From a virus (lineage: Duplodnaviria > Caudoviricetes): a stretch of 64,000 bases of DNA. Shown here piece after piece: positions 55,569 through 64,000 of this stretch. The stretch lies in IMG/VR virus record IMGVR_UViG_3300031857_000007. One strand, 5' to 3'. Both the position numbers and the translations under genes were made by a program. The notes beneath the pieces were generated by a model. The model saw only the letters and a program-made list of their open reading frames with translations. It did no database searches and was not told where the DNA came from. Position 1 is the stretch's first letter. Each line of letters begins with the position of its first letter.

Positions 55569-57176
55569 TCACATCACCACATTATAATTCATTTGTGAAT
55601 AAAGCACATAAAAATTATCAGTATTGGAAGATGGTATGAATGGCACATCAGTCAATGGTTCTTGTTGTGCTACCATTGTTTGTGTTCTATCTCTACCACC
55701 ACCTGCCATAATAATATTTGCCTTTGCTTCAGGTAATGTTCCAACAGGAGTAGTTGGTTTTGGTGGTGCCTGCATGTTTGCCGCTGGTTTTTCTTGAATC
55801 AATCCTTCGATATTTAATGTTCCGTAAGGAGATGCTGTTTCTTGTGCTAAAGGTTGTGCTGGTGCCTGTAACATATTTGCAGTATCCACACTGAATTTCA
55901 TTTCAGATGCTGGCGGCATTGCTGGTGTTTGTGGTTGTGATGGAGACACTTTTGCTGCTGTTGGTGTTGGTGTTGGCGCATTATCTTTTTTCTTACCCAA
56001 GAATGTTCCTTCAAAAGCACCATACTCTCTTGCAATGTCAACACCTAAAGCAGGAAGTCCGATAATTGGGACAGCAGATGCGTAGGACAACAATCCGCCC
56101 GTGATATCTCCTTTTGCAATTCTGTAAGTTCCAACTCCAAGTGCTATAGGAGCAAAAAGTTTAGAAGCAACATTTCCAGCTCCCCTTAAAACTCCTTGAG
56201 CACCTTTTCCAATATTTCCAATTCCACCTAAAAACCTTCCCAAAGGTCCGCTTCTACTCAAAACTCTTCCACCACTTGTAGTAATGGGAGTCCTACCACC
56301 AGCACCTGTAATTGCTCTTGCTGCCCCTCTACCAAGTCCAAGCAACCCACCAATTGCTGACCCTGCTAATCTAAAAGGTGCTAAAGCAATTCTAGCAACA
56401 AGTGCCCCCAATCTCAATGTTAATCCAGTAATCGTTCTCATTAAGAGACCGAATCCTATTTTAACAGCAGCAAAAGCACCTATTGCATATAAAACATTCT
56501 TAATAACATTATTCTTAATTTCTTCAAGTTTTTTACTATTTCCTTCAGTCAGTGCTTTTAAGGTTTCAATACCTTGATTTGTAAGCCATCCAAAGAATAA
56601 TGTTGTCAGAGACCCCATAATACGGTCAAACAAACTTGTAATGGTTTGTTGAAGTTTGAGTATTGGTCTTGCAAGTGCCGCTTGAATTCCTCTTTCAAGA
56701 GCACTTTCTTTACCAAGACGAATTTTACGCTCTGCTAATCTTCTTTCTTGTTCTTGCTCTTGCTTGAGTTGATTTTGCTCAACAGCACTTTCTGCTTGCA
56801 ATAATTTGGCAGTGTTTTGCACTCCCTGATTTAAGTCGGTGACTTGCACACGAATCACATCAAGACTCTGCTGAAGACCGCCAACTGTTTGTTGAGTTGT
56901 TTGAATGCTTAAGTCTTGTGCTCTATCAACTAAACTAACTTGAGGTCTAACTACAATTGCTGTGCCAGTAGTGGCGCCAGCACCGCCACCTCCTCCACCT
57001 ACTCCAGCACTACCTCCACCGCCAGAGACTACACGCCCACCAAAAACAGTTCTTGGGAGGGTTGTAATTCTACCTAAAGAAAATTTTTGAAGGGTAATTC
57101 TTTCTGTGCCAGTATAATACCCACCACCCGGTTTTTCACCTGTTTGTGCTCTTAAACCAGCTTCTGCCCTATCCAT
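55569..57176 (-). CDS. Hypothetical hub/tape-measure-like protein
   Basis: 535 aa; coiled-coil, Gly/Ala-rich amphipathic region and Pro-rich tail. Confidence 0.55.
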   Translation of the reverse strand: MDRAEAGLRAQTGEKPGGGYYTGTERITLQKFSLGRITTLPRTVFGGRVVSGGGGSAGVGGGGGGAGATTGTAIVVRPQVSLVDRAQDLSIQTTQQTVGGLQQSLDVIRVQVTDLNQGVQNTAKLLQAESAVEQNQLKQEQEQERRLAERKIRLGKESALERGIQAALARPILKLQQTITSLFDRIMGSLTTLFFGWLTNQGIETLKALTEGNSKKLEEIKNNVIKNVLYAIGAFAAVKIGFGLLMRTITGLTLRLGALVARIALAPFRLAGSAIGGLLGLGRGAARAITGAGGRTPITTSGGRVLSRSGPLGRFLGGIGNIGKGAQGVLRGAGNVASKLFAPIALGVGTYRIAKGDITGGLLSYASAVPIIGLPALGVDIAREYGAFEGTFLGKKKDNAPTPTPTAAKVSPSQPQTPAMPPASEMKFSVDTANMLQAPAQPLAQETASPYGTLNIEGLIQEKPAANMQAPPKPTTPVGTLPEAKANIIMAGGGRDRTQTMVAQQEPLTDVPFIPSSNTDNFYVLYSQMNYNVVM

Positions 57177-57342
57177 TCGCTTGATTCTTCAGGGTTTCCT
57201 CTTCAATATATTGTTGGAGAAGAGTAATATAAACCTCCCTTTCCCAAGGAATCATATTTTCCAACTCTGTTAATGAATATTTATGGTGCTGAATCAAGGC
57301 AAAGTTTGTCTTGTAGTATGATGCAAGGTCTTCGTGCATCAT
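57169..57342 (-). CDS. gp51: Baseplate hub assembly catalyst gp51
   Basis: Manual translation MMHEDLASYYKTNFALIQHHKYSLTELENMIPWEREVYITLLQQYIEEE; follows gp26. Confidence 0.85.
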   Translation of the reverse strand: MMHEDLASYYKTNFALIQHHKYSLTELENMIPWEREVYITLLQQYIEEETLKNQANG

Positions 57343-57344
57343 TC

Positions 57345-58064
57345 CTAGGCGAAAAAACTTGTTAGACCCTCCAATACTACTTCACTTTCCACTTCAGTAT
57401 TTGGATTTGTAACTTTAATAGTATGAGAAAGTTTAGGCATTGTTTCAAAAAACTTTTCAATGTCTTTAAACTGTTGAGAAGTTAGTTGCTCAAGAAATTC
57501 CTTAAGTTCTTTTTTTGTTACATCAGAAGATGACCAAGACTCTTCTTCACTATAAATCTGCTCAATACAAGAGGTAATCATATCAAATGTTTCATCAACA
57601 GAAATTTCAGATCCAGCAATAAAATTACTCTTGACAAATTCTTGCATTGATGGATATCTCATTCTCAAAGTTAAACTATCATCAAGTTTGATATCTCTCG
57701 AATGGTCTTCTCTAAACTCAACTTCAATATCATCTAGATTGATACTTACAGGAACTTGTGTATTTCCATCATCGGGACAAGTAATTAAAACATCAACGGT
57801 TTCACCAACAGATTTTCCACGAATGTTGAGGAACAAATATTCAATATCAAAAGTTGCAAGTTGCTCAATCTTAATTCCACGAGTAACAATGCAATTGCCA
57901 ATTACTGTTTTTACTGCTTCAGCAATTTGCTTTGGGTCTTCACTTTCCATTGCAATGATTAAAACCTTTTCTTCCTTCACAAGAAATGGGCGATACTTGA
58001 TACTTTTCTTTAGAGAAGGAATTTCCAACTCATAGGTCGGTGTTGAAATTTTTGGTAAAGGCAT
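57345..58064 (-). CDS. gp26: Baseplate hub subunit gp26
   Basis: MPLPKISTPTYEL...YRPFLVKEEK...FLNIRGKSVGE. Confidence 0.9.
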   Translation of the reverse strand: MPLPKISTPTYELEIPSLKKSIKYRPFLVKEEKVLIIAMESEDPKQIAEAVKTVIGNCIVTRGIKIEQLATFDIEYLFLNIRGKSVGETVDVLITCPDDGNTQVPVSINLDDIEVEFREDHSRDIKLDDSLTLRMRYPSMQEFVKSNFIAGSEISVDETFDMITSCIEQIYSEEESWSSSDVTKKELKEFLEQLTSQQFKDIEKFFETMPKLSHTIKVTNPNTEVESEVVLEGLTSFFA

Positions 58065-58094
58065 AATAACCTATAGAAACGTCAGTAAAGTTAT

Positions 58095-58934
58095 TTAGAA
58101 GAGAGTTTCTGAGTTCGCTTGTGTAGATAATGGATTTGAAGATAAAGAATCTGATGCTGACTGAAGTGCTTCGCTATTGCTTACTCCAAAAGTATAAGTT
58201 TCCTGAGATGCTCGGAAAACATCCTCTGCAGATTGTGGAGCCGATGGAATATTCTGCGGTTGAAGAGGATTGAGATTATTATTATTTCCGATAACAAATT
58301 GATTAAAGGAATTTGTTGCTCCAGCAATATAACGATCGTATTGAAAAGAAGCAGAAACTTTTAAAGTATCTGATGACGTATATGAAACAGGAACTGAACT
58401 TATGTTTAATGGAAACAACCCTCTAAAATTATATACAATCTCCCTTCGATAATCCCTATCAAACTTAACTATTCTAACTTGATTTGCCTTATAATATTGG
58501 GGGTATTGCATTCTCACAAAATAATTACTGACATTTTGACTAATTGGTGCGTTTTCACCAATAAGACCTTGATTATTAAAAGACCCACTGGCAATAAATT
58601 CCATCCAACATTCTAAAAAGTTAAGCATTTGATAATCACTATCGACATAAAAATCTAGAGTGATTTCTGAATAGATTCTAGAGCTTGCAAACTTTTCTTG
58701 AACTCCCATATAATTTCCATCAACTGTAAAAGATCCTAATGATGTTGTTGGAAGCACAGCAGAGTAGCATAACAGACCAGCGCCTTCAGCAATAAATCTG
58801 GGATTGATTCCCCTTCTAGAAAGGTAAAACATCAACTCTGGAGGCAGCATTCCAAATTGCACTTCATAATGAGAAGTTTGTGCAAGATTGGTTAGCAGTG
58901 GTTTAATATCCGATATTCTGCGAGGAAATGCCAC
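58095..58934 (-). CDS. gp54: Tail tube-like baseplate junction protein (gp54/gp19 family)
   Basis: ITLDFYVD, FRGLFPLNISSV and SFQYDRY; divergent from gp4. Confidence 0.6.
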   Translation of the reverse strand: MAFPRRISDIKPLLTNLAQTSHYEVQFGMLPPELMFYLSRRGINPRFIAEGAGLLCYSAVLPTTSLGSFTVDGNYMGVQEKFASSRIYSEITLDFYVDSDYQMLNFLECWMEFIASGSFNNQGLIGENAPISQNVSNYFVRMQYPQYYKANQVRIVKFDRDYRREIVYNFRGLFPLNISSVPVSYTSSDTLKVSASFQYDRYIAGATNSFNQFVIGNNNNLNPLQPQNIPSAPQSAEDVFRASQETYTFGVSNSEALQSASDSLSSNPLSTQANSETLF

Positions 58935-58975
58935 TCTAAATACCTTATACGAGTCTTATATTATTAAGTATTTAG
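58935..58975. promoter_or_regulatory. Divergent pair of late-like promoters
   Basis: CTAAATAC on the plus strand near 58936 and on the minus strand near 58968-58975. Confidence 0.55.
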
Positions 58976-59413
58976 ATGTCATATAAGGGAAAATATAAAC
59001 CATCGCATCCTGAAAAATACAACGGAGATCCTACAAATATCATTTATCGATCTCTTTGGGAAAGAAAGTTTTGTGTCTATTGTGATACGAATGAAAAAAT
59101 AATTGAATGGTCATCAGAAGAAAAAGCAATTCCTTATCGGTCACCAATCGACGGAAAGATACATCGGTACTTTCCAGACTTCCTTATTAAAGTCAAAGAA
59201 TCTGATGGTAGTATTAAAAAATATATGATTGAGATTAAACCCTCAAAACAAACAGTGCCTCCCCCAAAACCAAAGAGACAAACAAAGCAATACATTGCAG
59301 AGGTTTATGAGTATGCTAAAAATCAATCAAAGTGGGAAGCAGCAAGAGAATGGTGTGCTGATCGTGGGTATGAGTTTAAGGTAATCACCGAACACGAATT
59401 GGGAATTAAGTAA
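58976..59413 (+). CDS. gp4: Head completion nuclease gp4
   Basis: YKGKYKP...YRSLWERKF...IHRYFPDF...IEIKP. Confidence 0.9.
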   Translation: MSYKGKYKPSHPEKYNGDPTNIIYRSLWERKFCVYCDTNEKIIEWSSEEKAIPYRSPIDGKIHRYFPDFLIKVKESDGSIKKYMIEIKPSKQTVPPPKPKRQTKQYIAEVYEYAKNQSKWEAAREWCADRGYEFKVITEHELGIK

Positions 59414-59787
59414 TGCCAAGAAAGACTTTACAACAAAGAAAAAGAAGTCGTATTACCCTTCTTGTAAAAAATCTGCTTGGGACAGAAAATGCTAATGATA
59501 TTATGAATAAATTAAAGACTATTTTACCAGAAACTGTAGGACCACCGAAGGCAGGTAAGTTTTATATTTTTGTATATAACGCAAAGACTTCTGGAGTGAG
59601 ATATGACCAAAATCCTTTAGTCGCAGTTACAGAAGTTTTTAATTGGGGATTTAGAGGAATCAATTATCACTGGGGAGAAGTGCGCCAATACACTTGGGAT
59701 GAAGTTGCAGGTGCTGTCTATGAGGTCTATAGGGAAGAAATAGATGACTTAAGGCGATTGCCTTTCAGCAACATTCTAACTAAATAG
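59413..59787 (+). CDS. gp2: gp2-like DNA end protector (short form)
   Basis: FYIFVYNAKT...YDQNPLV...GFRGINYH; coupled to gp4. Confidence 0.55.
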   Translation: MPRKTLQQRKRSRITLLVKNLLGTENANDIMNKLKTILPETVGPPKAGKFYIFVYNAKTSGVRYDQNPLVAVTEVFNWGFRGINYHWGEVRQYTWDEVAGAVYEVYREEIDDLRRLPFSNILTK

Positions 59788-59799
59788 TTCAAAAAATAA

Positions 59800-60717
59800 A
59801 TGTCCAAACCAACAGTATTCAGATACCCATTAGGTCTCATAGATCAGAATACTGACTATGTAAAAATTGATGCTTATAAGTATCGTCCTCCAGGACTTAA
59901 TGTTCCTACACAGCAAAACTTTTCTTTTGCTCAAAAAAGTTCTGATGGACTATATGATAGTTTGGGTGCAAAAGAAATAAGAGGGACTATTATTTTACCC
60001 ATTCCACAAAGTATGCCTACCAACACACAATCTGCGAGTTGGTCTGAAGGTAGAATGGGTCCAGGAGCAACTTTAGGATTGGGAATAGCATCTAAAACTA
60101 TAGAAAGTAAAGATTTTTTTAGTAATTTGGGGTCAAGTTTAGCAGCAGCTGCTGTTGGTATCAGCAAAGCTGCACAAACAACACTAGGTCAAAAAGGATT
60201 GCAAAGTTTTTTTGCTGCAAAAGGTGTTGAACAATTGCTAGGGCAAGATGGTCTATTTAATGATGTTTTAGCAAGACAAACAGGAGCAGTATTTAATGAA
60301 AATATTGAATTGTTATTCAGAGGTTTAAATCTTCGAGCACCATTTCAATTTGCCTTCGATTTGGCGCCAAGAGATGATAAAGAAGCACAAGTAATTCGAA
60401 ATATGGTCATTTTCCTTAAAAAAGAAATGGCAGCTAGAAAAGGAAGCCAAACTGGAGCAGCTGCTGGATTATTCTTAACTGCTCCAAGCGTTTTTAAAGT
60501 TCAATATATGAGTGGTGGAAAACCACATCCATATCTCAACAAGTTTAAAATTTGCGCCCTTACTGATTTAGCACTTAACTTTACTGGGTCTAATACATAT
60601 GCAACCTATTCTGACGGAACTCCAGTGCATATGAGTTTGGGATTAACATTCCAAGAGTTGACTCCAATTTACGCCCAAGACTACCCGGAAAGAAACGAAA
60701 CAGGAGTTGGATACTAA
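59800..60717 (+). CDS. gp48: Baseplate tail tube cap gp48
   Basis: FRYP; NENIELLFRG...FQFAFDLAPR; KICALT; LTFQELTPIY. Confidence 0.85.
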   Translation: MSKPTVFRYPLGLIDQNTDYVKIDAYKYRPPGLNVPTQQNFSFAQKSSDGLYDSLGAKEIRGTIILPIPQSMPTNTQSASWSEGRMGPGATLGLGIASKTIESKDFFSNLGSSLAAAAVGISKAAQTTLGQKGLQSFFAAKGVEQLLGQDGLFNDVLARQTGAVFNENIELLFRGLNLRAPFQFAFDLAPRDDKEAQVIRNMVIFLKKEMAARKGSQTGAAAGLFLTAPSVFKVQYMSGGKPHPYLNKFKICALTDLALNFTGSNTYATYSDGTPVHMSLGLTFQELTPIYAQDYPERNETGVGY

Positions 60718-61409
60718 TGACATACTTCAGAGAACTTCCAAATTTAGAATATCAATCCTTTTTACCAGGAACTAAATCTTCTCATCAATATGTCACGGTA
60801 AAGAATTTATTCCGTAGAGTTAAACTTCGTGACGACTTACAAAATGTCTTCACTATCTTTGACAAATATCAAATTCCAGATGGTTCCAGACCAGAGTTGG
60901 TCGCACAAGAACTTTATGGAAGCGTTCAATATGATTGGGTTGTGATTGTATCTGCAGGAATTACAAGACTTAGAGATGAATGGCCACTTTCCGATAAACA
61001 AGTCTATGATTATTCGGAATCAATTTATGGAAGTGACTTAAATGAAATTCATCATTATGAAACCAAAGAAGTCAAAGACCCAGAAGATCGTTTAATTTTA
61101 CCTTCTGGTCAAGTTGTTGATGAAGACTTTAAAGTTTATTATACTTACGATGGAAATCTTTATACAAATGACGCAACAGCACTTGGAGAAAATGTCATTC
61201 GCATATCAGACCCAATTGTGGGTGTGAGTAATTATGAATATGAAGTCAGAAAAAACAATGATAAAAGAGGTATCTACGTATTAAAACCAAGATACCTCCA
61301 ACAAGTTATTAATGATACAAGAAAAGCGATGATCTATGATAGGTCATCGCAGTATGTGAATGATAGATTAATTAAGACTGAAAACACAAAGGTTTCAATT
61401 CCATTTTAA
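60717..61409 (+). CDS. gp53: Baseplate wedge component gp53
   Basis: YFRELPNLEY...RPELVAQELYG...IHHYET. Confidence 0.9.
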   Translation: MTYFRELPNLEYQSFLPGTKSSHQYVTVKNLFRRVKLRDDLQNVFTIFDKYQIPDGSRPELVAQELYGSVQYDWVVIVSAGITRLRDEWPLSDKQVYDYSESIYGSDLNEIHHYETKEVKDPEDRLILPSGQVVDEDFKVYYTYDGNLYTNDATALGENVIRISDPIVGVSNYEYEVRKNNDKRGIYVLKPRYLQQVINDTRKAMIYDRSSQYVNDRLIKTENTKVSIPF

Positions 61410-61432
61410 AGGAGGAGATTTCTCTCCTCCTC
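61408..61432. terminator. Hairpin between convergent gp53 and gp32
   Basis: AGGAGGAG-atttct-CTCCTCCT. Confidence 0.65.
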
Positions 61433-61439
61433 ATACACA

Positions 61440-62363
61440 TCAGTCTTCGGCAAGTTTTGCGAAGTACGAAAGTGCGTCATCATCCTCATCTTCTTCCACT
61501 GGAGCAGCAGCACGACGAGTGGGTTGAAGATTATTCAGTTCGCTACGAAGACCATCATCAAGGTCCCTTGCAGAACCACGAGAATACTCTTCCTCGTTAT
61601 CAACTTCTTCATCGAGACGCACAGACTTTGCACCAAGCACTGAATCAAGACGCTTCTTCAATTCTTCATAAGTCTTGAATTGGTCAGGAGCAACAAATTC
61701 GGTAAGAGAATACTGCTTCTTCCAGATTGCTTCCATTGCATCATCATCGTCCAGAAGAGCTCCAACCGAAGCAAACTCACTGGAATCATAGTTACGATAA
61801 CCAGCAACACTCTTTGCCTTCAGTTTGAAGTTTGCACCTTGCCAGAAGTCAAAGGCATTAATCGGAGTTTCGTCCTCATATTCAGGTTGCATTGCTTCCA
61901 TAATCTTATCAAAGATTTTCTTACCATACTTGAAGAGGAAGACTTTACCTTCGTTTTCAGGATTGGCAGGGTCTTTGACGACATAAACATTGCTGACATA
62001 AGTCAGTTTACGCTTCTGCTTACGGGCAACTTCTTTGCCAGCATCAGTGCCATTATTCCAGAGTCCAGAGTTGTGCTCGCACACAGGGCACTTTTGATTC
62101 ACGGTAGTCAGGCACGTATCAATTAACCAACCACCAGGACCTTGAAATGCGTGACTATAAACTTTGACAAACGGAATATCTTCCCCATTAGGAGCAGGAA
62201 GAAAACGGATTACGGCATAACCATTATTTGACTTATCTACACTCAACTTCCAAAAGCGGTCATCACTAGAACTTTCGGAGTTATTCATTTTTTCTACTTC
62301 TTTCACCAGTTTTTCGGTGAGAGAACCAAGTTTGGATTGCTTCTTAAGATTTTCGAATGACAT
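61440..62363 (-). CDS. gp32: Single-stranded DNA-binding protein gp32
   Basis: AVIRFLPAP, CPVCE, YGKKIFDKI, FDFWQGANFKLK and an acidic tail. Confidence 0.95.
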   Translation of the reverse strand: MSFENLKKQSKLGSLTEKLVKEVEKMNNSESSSDDRFWKLSVDKSNNGYAVIRFLPAPNGEDIPFVKVYSHAFQGPGGWLIDTCLTTVNQKCPVCEHNSGLWNNGTDAGKEVARKQKRKLTYVSNVYVVKDPANPENEGKVFLFKYGKKIFDKIMEAMQPEYEDETPINAFDFWQGANFKLKAKSVAGYRNYDSSEFASVGALLDDDDAMEAIWKKQYSLTEFVAPDQFKTYEELKKRLDSVLGAKSVRLDEEVDNEEEYSRGSARDLDDGLRSELNNLQPTRRAAAPVEEDEDDDALSYFAKLAED

Positions 62364-62404
62364 AGGATTTTTAGGATACTTGGGATGAATTGGATTACTT
62401 GGAT

Positions 62405-62433
62405 ATTATAGCAAAAATGCTCTCAACCGTCAA
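62405..62433 (-). promoter_or_regulatory. Sigma70 promoter for gp32
   Basis: TTGACG-17 nt-TATAAT. Confidence 0.75.
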
Positions 62434-62755
62434 TGAATTGCTTGAGAGATTCGATGGTTTTGGTCATACTGCTAAACAGTACTCCCATATCAGTCTCTGG
62501 TGGGAAACCCATCAGGGCAACTGATTTACGAAGATTCTCTTTCATCACAACCGCTTCTGGGTCATCCGAAAGAGACAATCTTGTATACATTACTCTCTGT
62601 TTTTCAAGTAACATTTCAAGTCTTTCAATATGCTCCAGTTTATCTTCACGGGACATAACACCAAAAGTCAAAATGCTTCCATATATACTCTCTTGTAACT
62701 GATTGATTTCTTTCAGTTCTTCCTGAATAATATCAGAATCAAAAAATTTACTCAT
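62423..62755 (-). CDS. Hypothetical protein (probable start MSKFFDS)
   Basis: 110 aa between gp59 and gp32. Confidence 0.75.
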   Translation of the reverse strand: MSKFFDSDIIQEELKEINQLQESIYGSILTFGVMSREDKLEHIERLEMLLEKQRVMYTRLSLSDDPEAVVMKENLRKSVALMGFPPETDMGVLFSSMTKTIESLKQFIDG

Positions 62756-63344
62756 TGATAATTTCCCGTAAAATCTTCTTGAATTGAAACACATCAATAT
62801 TTAGAAATGGATTGTATTTTTTCATTTTTAAACTGACGGTTTCCCATACCGGATCTGAAAGTTTCTTATCAAACTTTTTCCCGAACAGGAATATTTTATC
62901 ATAGATGATTAGAGTTTCAATAGAAATCTTCCCGCTCAGGAATCTTTTTAGAACGGGTGGATGACCTTTGGAACAGTTCAAGGCATCCTCTAATTTTGTT
63001 TCCAAGAACAATTCGCTGCTTTGCTCTTTGAACAAGTAAGTCAAACTCTGTTGTCTCCGCATCCAATCTGCGTATTTCCTTTCGCCAGAATTGATAATTT
63101 CGCCAATCCATAAATTACTCGCGTTGTCTGCCTCTACAAAATTTGATACTAAAAAATCTACGACTTCTTTGTCAGAGTATTTGCGACTTGTTTTCTCGAA
63201 CCAATATTTATCGCGCCTCTTATTAAAGGAAGCAATACTGGCACGGGTCTTCGCACCATACTTGAAGAAATCGTATTTTGGATTTGTAAAATGATTTTTA
63301 AGTGACAGATAATGTTGATAAGTTTCAAATGGAGTCACAATCAT
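62748..63344 (-). CDS. gp59: Helicase loader gp59
   Basis: YLSLKNHFTNPKYDFFKY...FNKRRDKYWFEK. Confidence 0.85.
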   Translation of the reverse strand: MIVTPFETYQHYLSLKNHFTNPKYDFFKYGAKTRASIASFNKRRDKYWFEKTSRKYSDKEVVDFLVSNFVEADNASNLWIGEIINSGERKYADWMRRQQSLTYLFKEQSSELFLETKLEDALNCSKGHPPVLKRFLSGKISIETLIIYDKIFLFGKKFDKKLSDPVWETVSLKMKKYNPFLNIDVFQFKKILREIINE

Positions 63345-63601
63345 AGAGGCAGTTTTGCACGCGAGGTCCGCTTCATAAAGTTTAAACTTATCGCATCATA
63401 TTTCAACTTTTCTTTTAGAGGTTTTGAAATAAGTTTTGTAACTGACTCAACTTCAAGACTATTGATCTCACAATAATGACAAATTGCGTCAATATAATTG
63501 AAGTTTTCTTCAATTACAATTTTCTCTATTTCTAGAGCAAACTTTGAAGGAGTAAGAAACTTATTTTCTATGACTTGTTCTAATTCTTTATTTGGTTCCA
63601 T
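63341..63601 (-). CDS. gp33: Late transcription co-activator gp33 (probable start MEPNKE)
   Basis: YIDAICHYCE...KLISKPLKEKLKYDA. Confidence 0.85.
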   Translation of the reverse strand: MEPNKELEQVIENKFLTPSKFALEIEKIVIEENFNYIDAICHYCEINSLEVESVTKLISKPLKEKLKYDAISLNFMKRTSRAKLPL

Positions 63602-64000
63602 AGATCTCCAGTTTATCTCTAACAAACTTTCTAATGTATTCGGTGAGAAGTTTGATGTATTTTGATTTGTCATATTCTTCATAAACGACGCATTCTCCAT
63701 TTTCACAAGCCATGATGATTACAAGTTTTTTGACTGAAATACCAGTCAGTTCATATAGCATACAACCATATGCCATACATTGAACAAAATAGTGTTCAAT
63801 CCACTCGCGTGGTTTTGGTTTTTTAGAAGTCTTAAAGTCAATTATTGCTAACTCGCCGTTATATTCAGCGATACAATCAACTGTCCCAGCAATACCCAGT
63901 TGCTTACTATATAGGGACCCTTCAAGGGCGTAAATATTATTTATGCGCTTTATCTCCGTTTTCGCAATCTTAAAAAGAAAATCCGCAATCGGCGCAACAG
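63588..64000 (-). CDS. PD-(D/E)XK (Cas4-like) exonuclease, 3' part
   Basis: Manual upstream extension gives LEGSLYSKQLGIAGTVDCIAEYNGELAIIDFKTS...YFVQCMAY. Confidence 0.85.
   Translation of the reverse strand, partial: VAPIADFLFKIAKTEIKRINNIYALEGSLYSKQLGIAGTVDCIAEYNGELAIIDFKTSKKPKPREWIEHYFVQCMAYGCMLYELTGISVKKLVIIMACENGECVVYEEYDKSKYIKLLTEYIRKFVRDKLEIYGTK

Noticed and set aside
63588-64000. CRISPR-Cas system suggested by the Cas4-like nuclease
   Set aside because: It is a stand-alone exonuclease in its usual position beside gp33/gp59; no array or other cas genes are present.
1-64000. Alternative genetic code (stop-codon reassignment)
   Set aside because: Long genes are intact under code 11, TAA/TGA/TAG all end coupled genes, and there is no suppressor tRNA.

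Overview
Segment of a T4-like myovirus genome, most similar in gene content and order to T4-like cyanophages. This assignment comes from recognising sequence features, not from a database search. Almost everything is on the minus strand. 1-19.3 kb is an AT-rich baseplate/structural block (DUF4815/VrlC-like protein, gp8, a 3987-aa gp7-like protein, gp6, gp25) plus small late genes and a glycosyltransferase-like gene. 19.5-24.7 kb is a visibly GC-richer island of small early genes, including an ArdA-like DNA mimic, several very acidic mini-proteins and a KxDG ligase-fold-like protein. Most of these genes have a three-part promoter: a 22-bp palindrome, a GC-rich spacer that often forms a hairpin, and a -10 box with no -35 box. 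I count 12 copies in the window. 25.0-25.5 kb holds 13 GAATCTAG repeats between divergent sigma70 promoters, one of which points into an ORF-less AT-rich tract; this is a candidate replication origin. 25.5-36 kb has an HNH nuclease, about 35 small ORFs with internal duplications and an SF2 helicase. 36-50 kb has tail-fibre genes, two more homing endonucleases, three tRNA genes (one an atypical UAU-anticodon tRNA with a long variable arm) and an orphan Phd/YefM-like gene. 50-64 kb has the hub/tail-junction genes (gp5, gp51, gp26, gp54, gp4, gp2, gp48, gp53) and gp32, gp59, gp33 and a partial exonuclease. I see no CRISPR array, integrase, reverse transcriptase or rRNA. All homology calls are by eye and need HMM confirmation.
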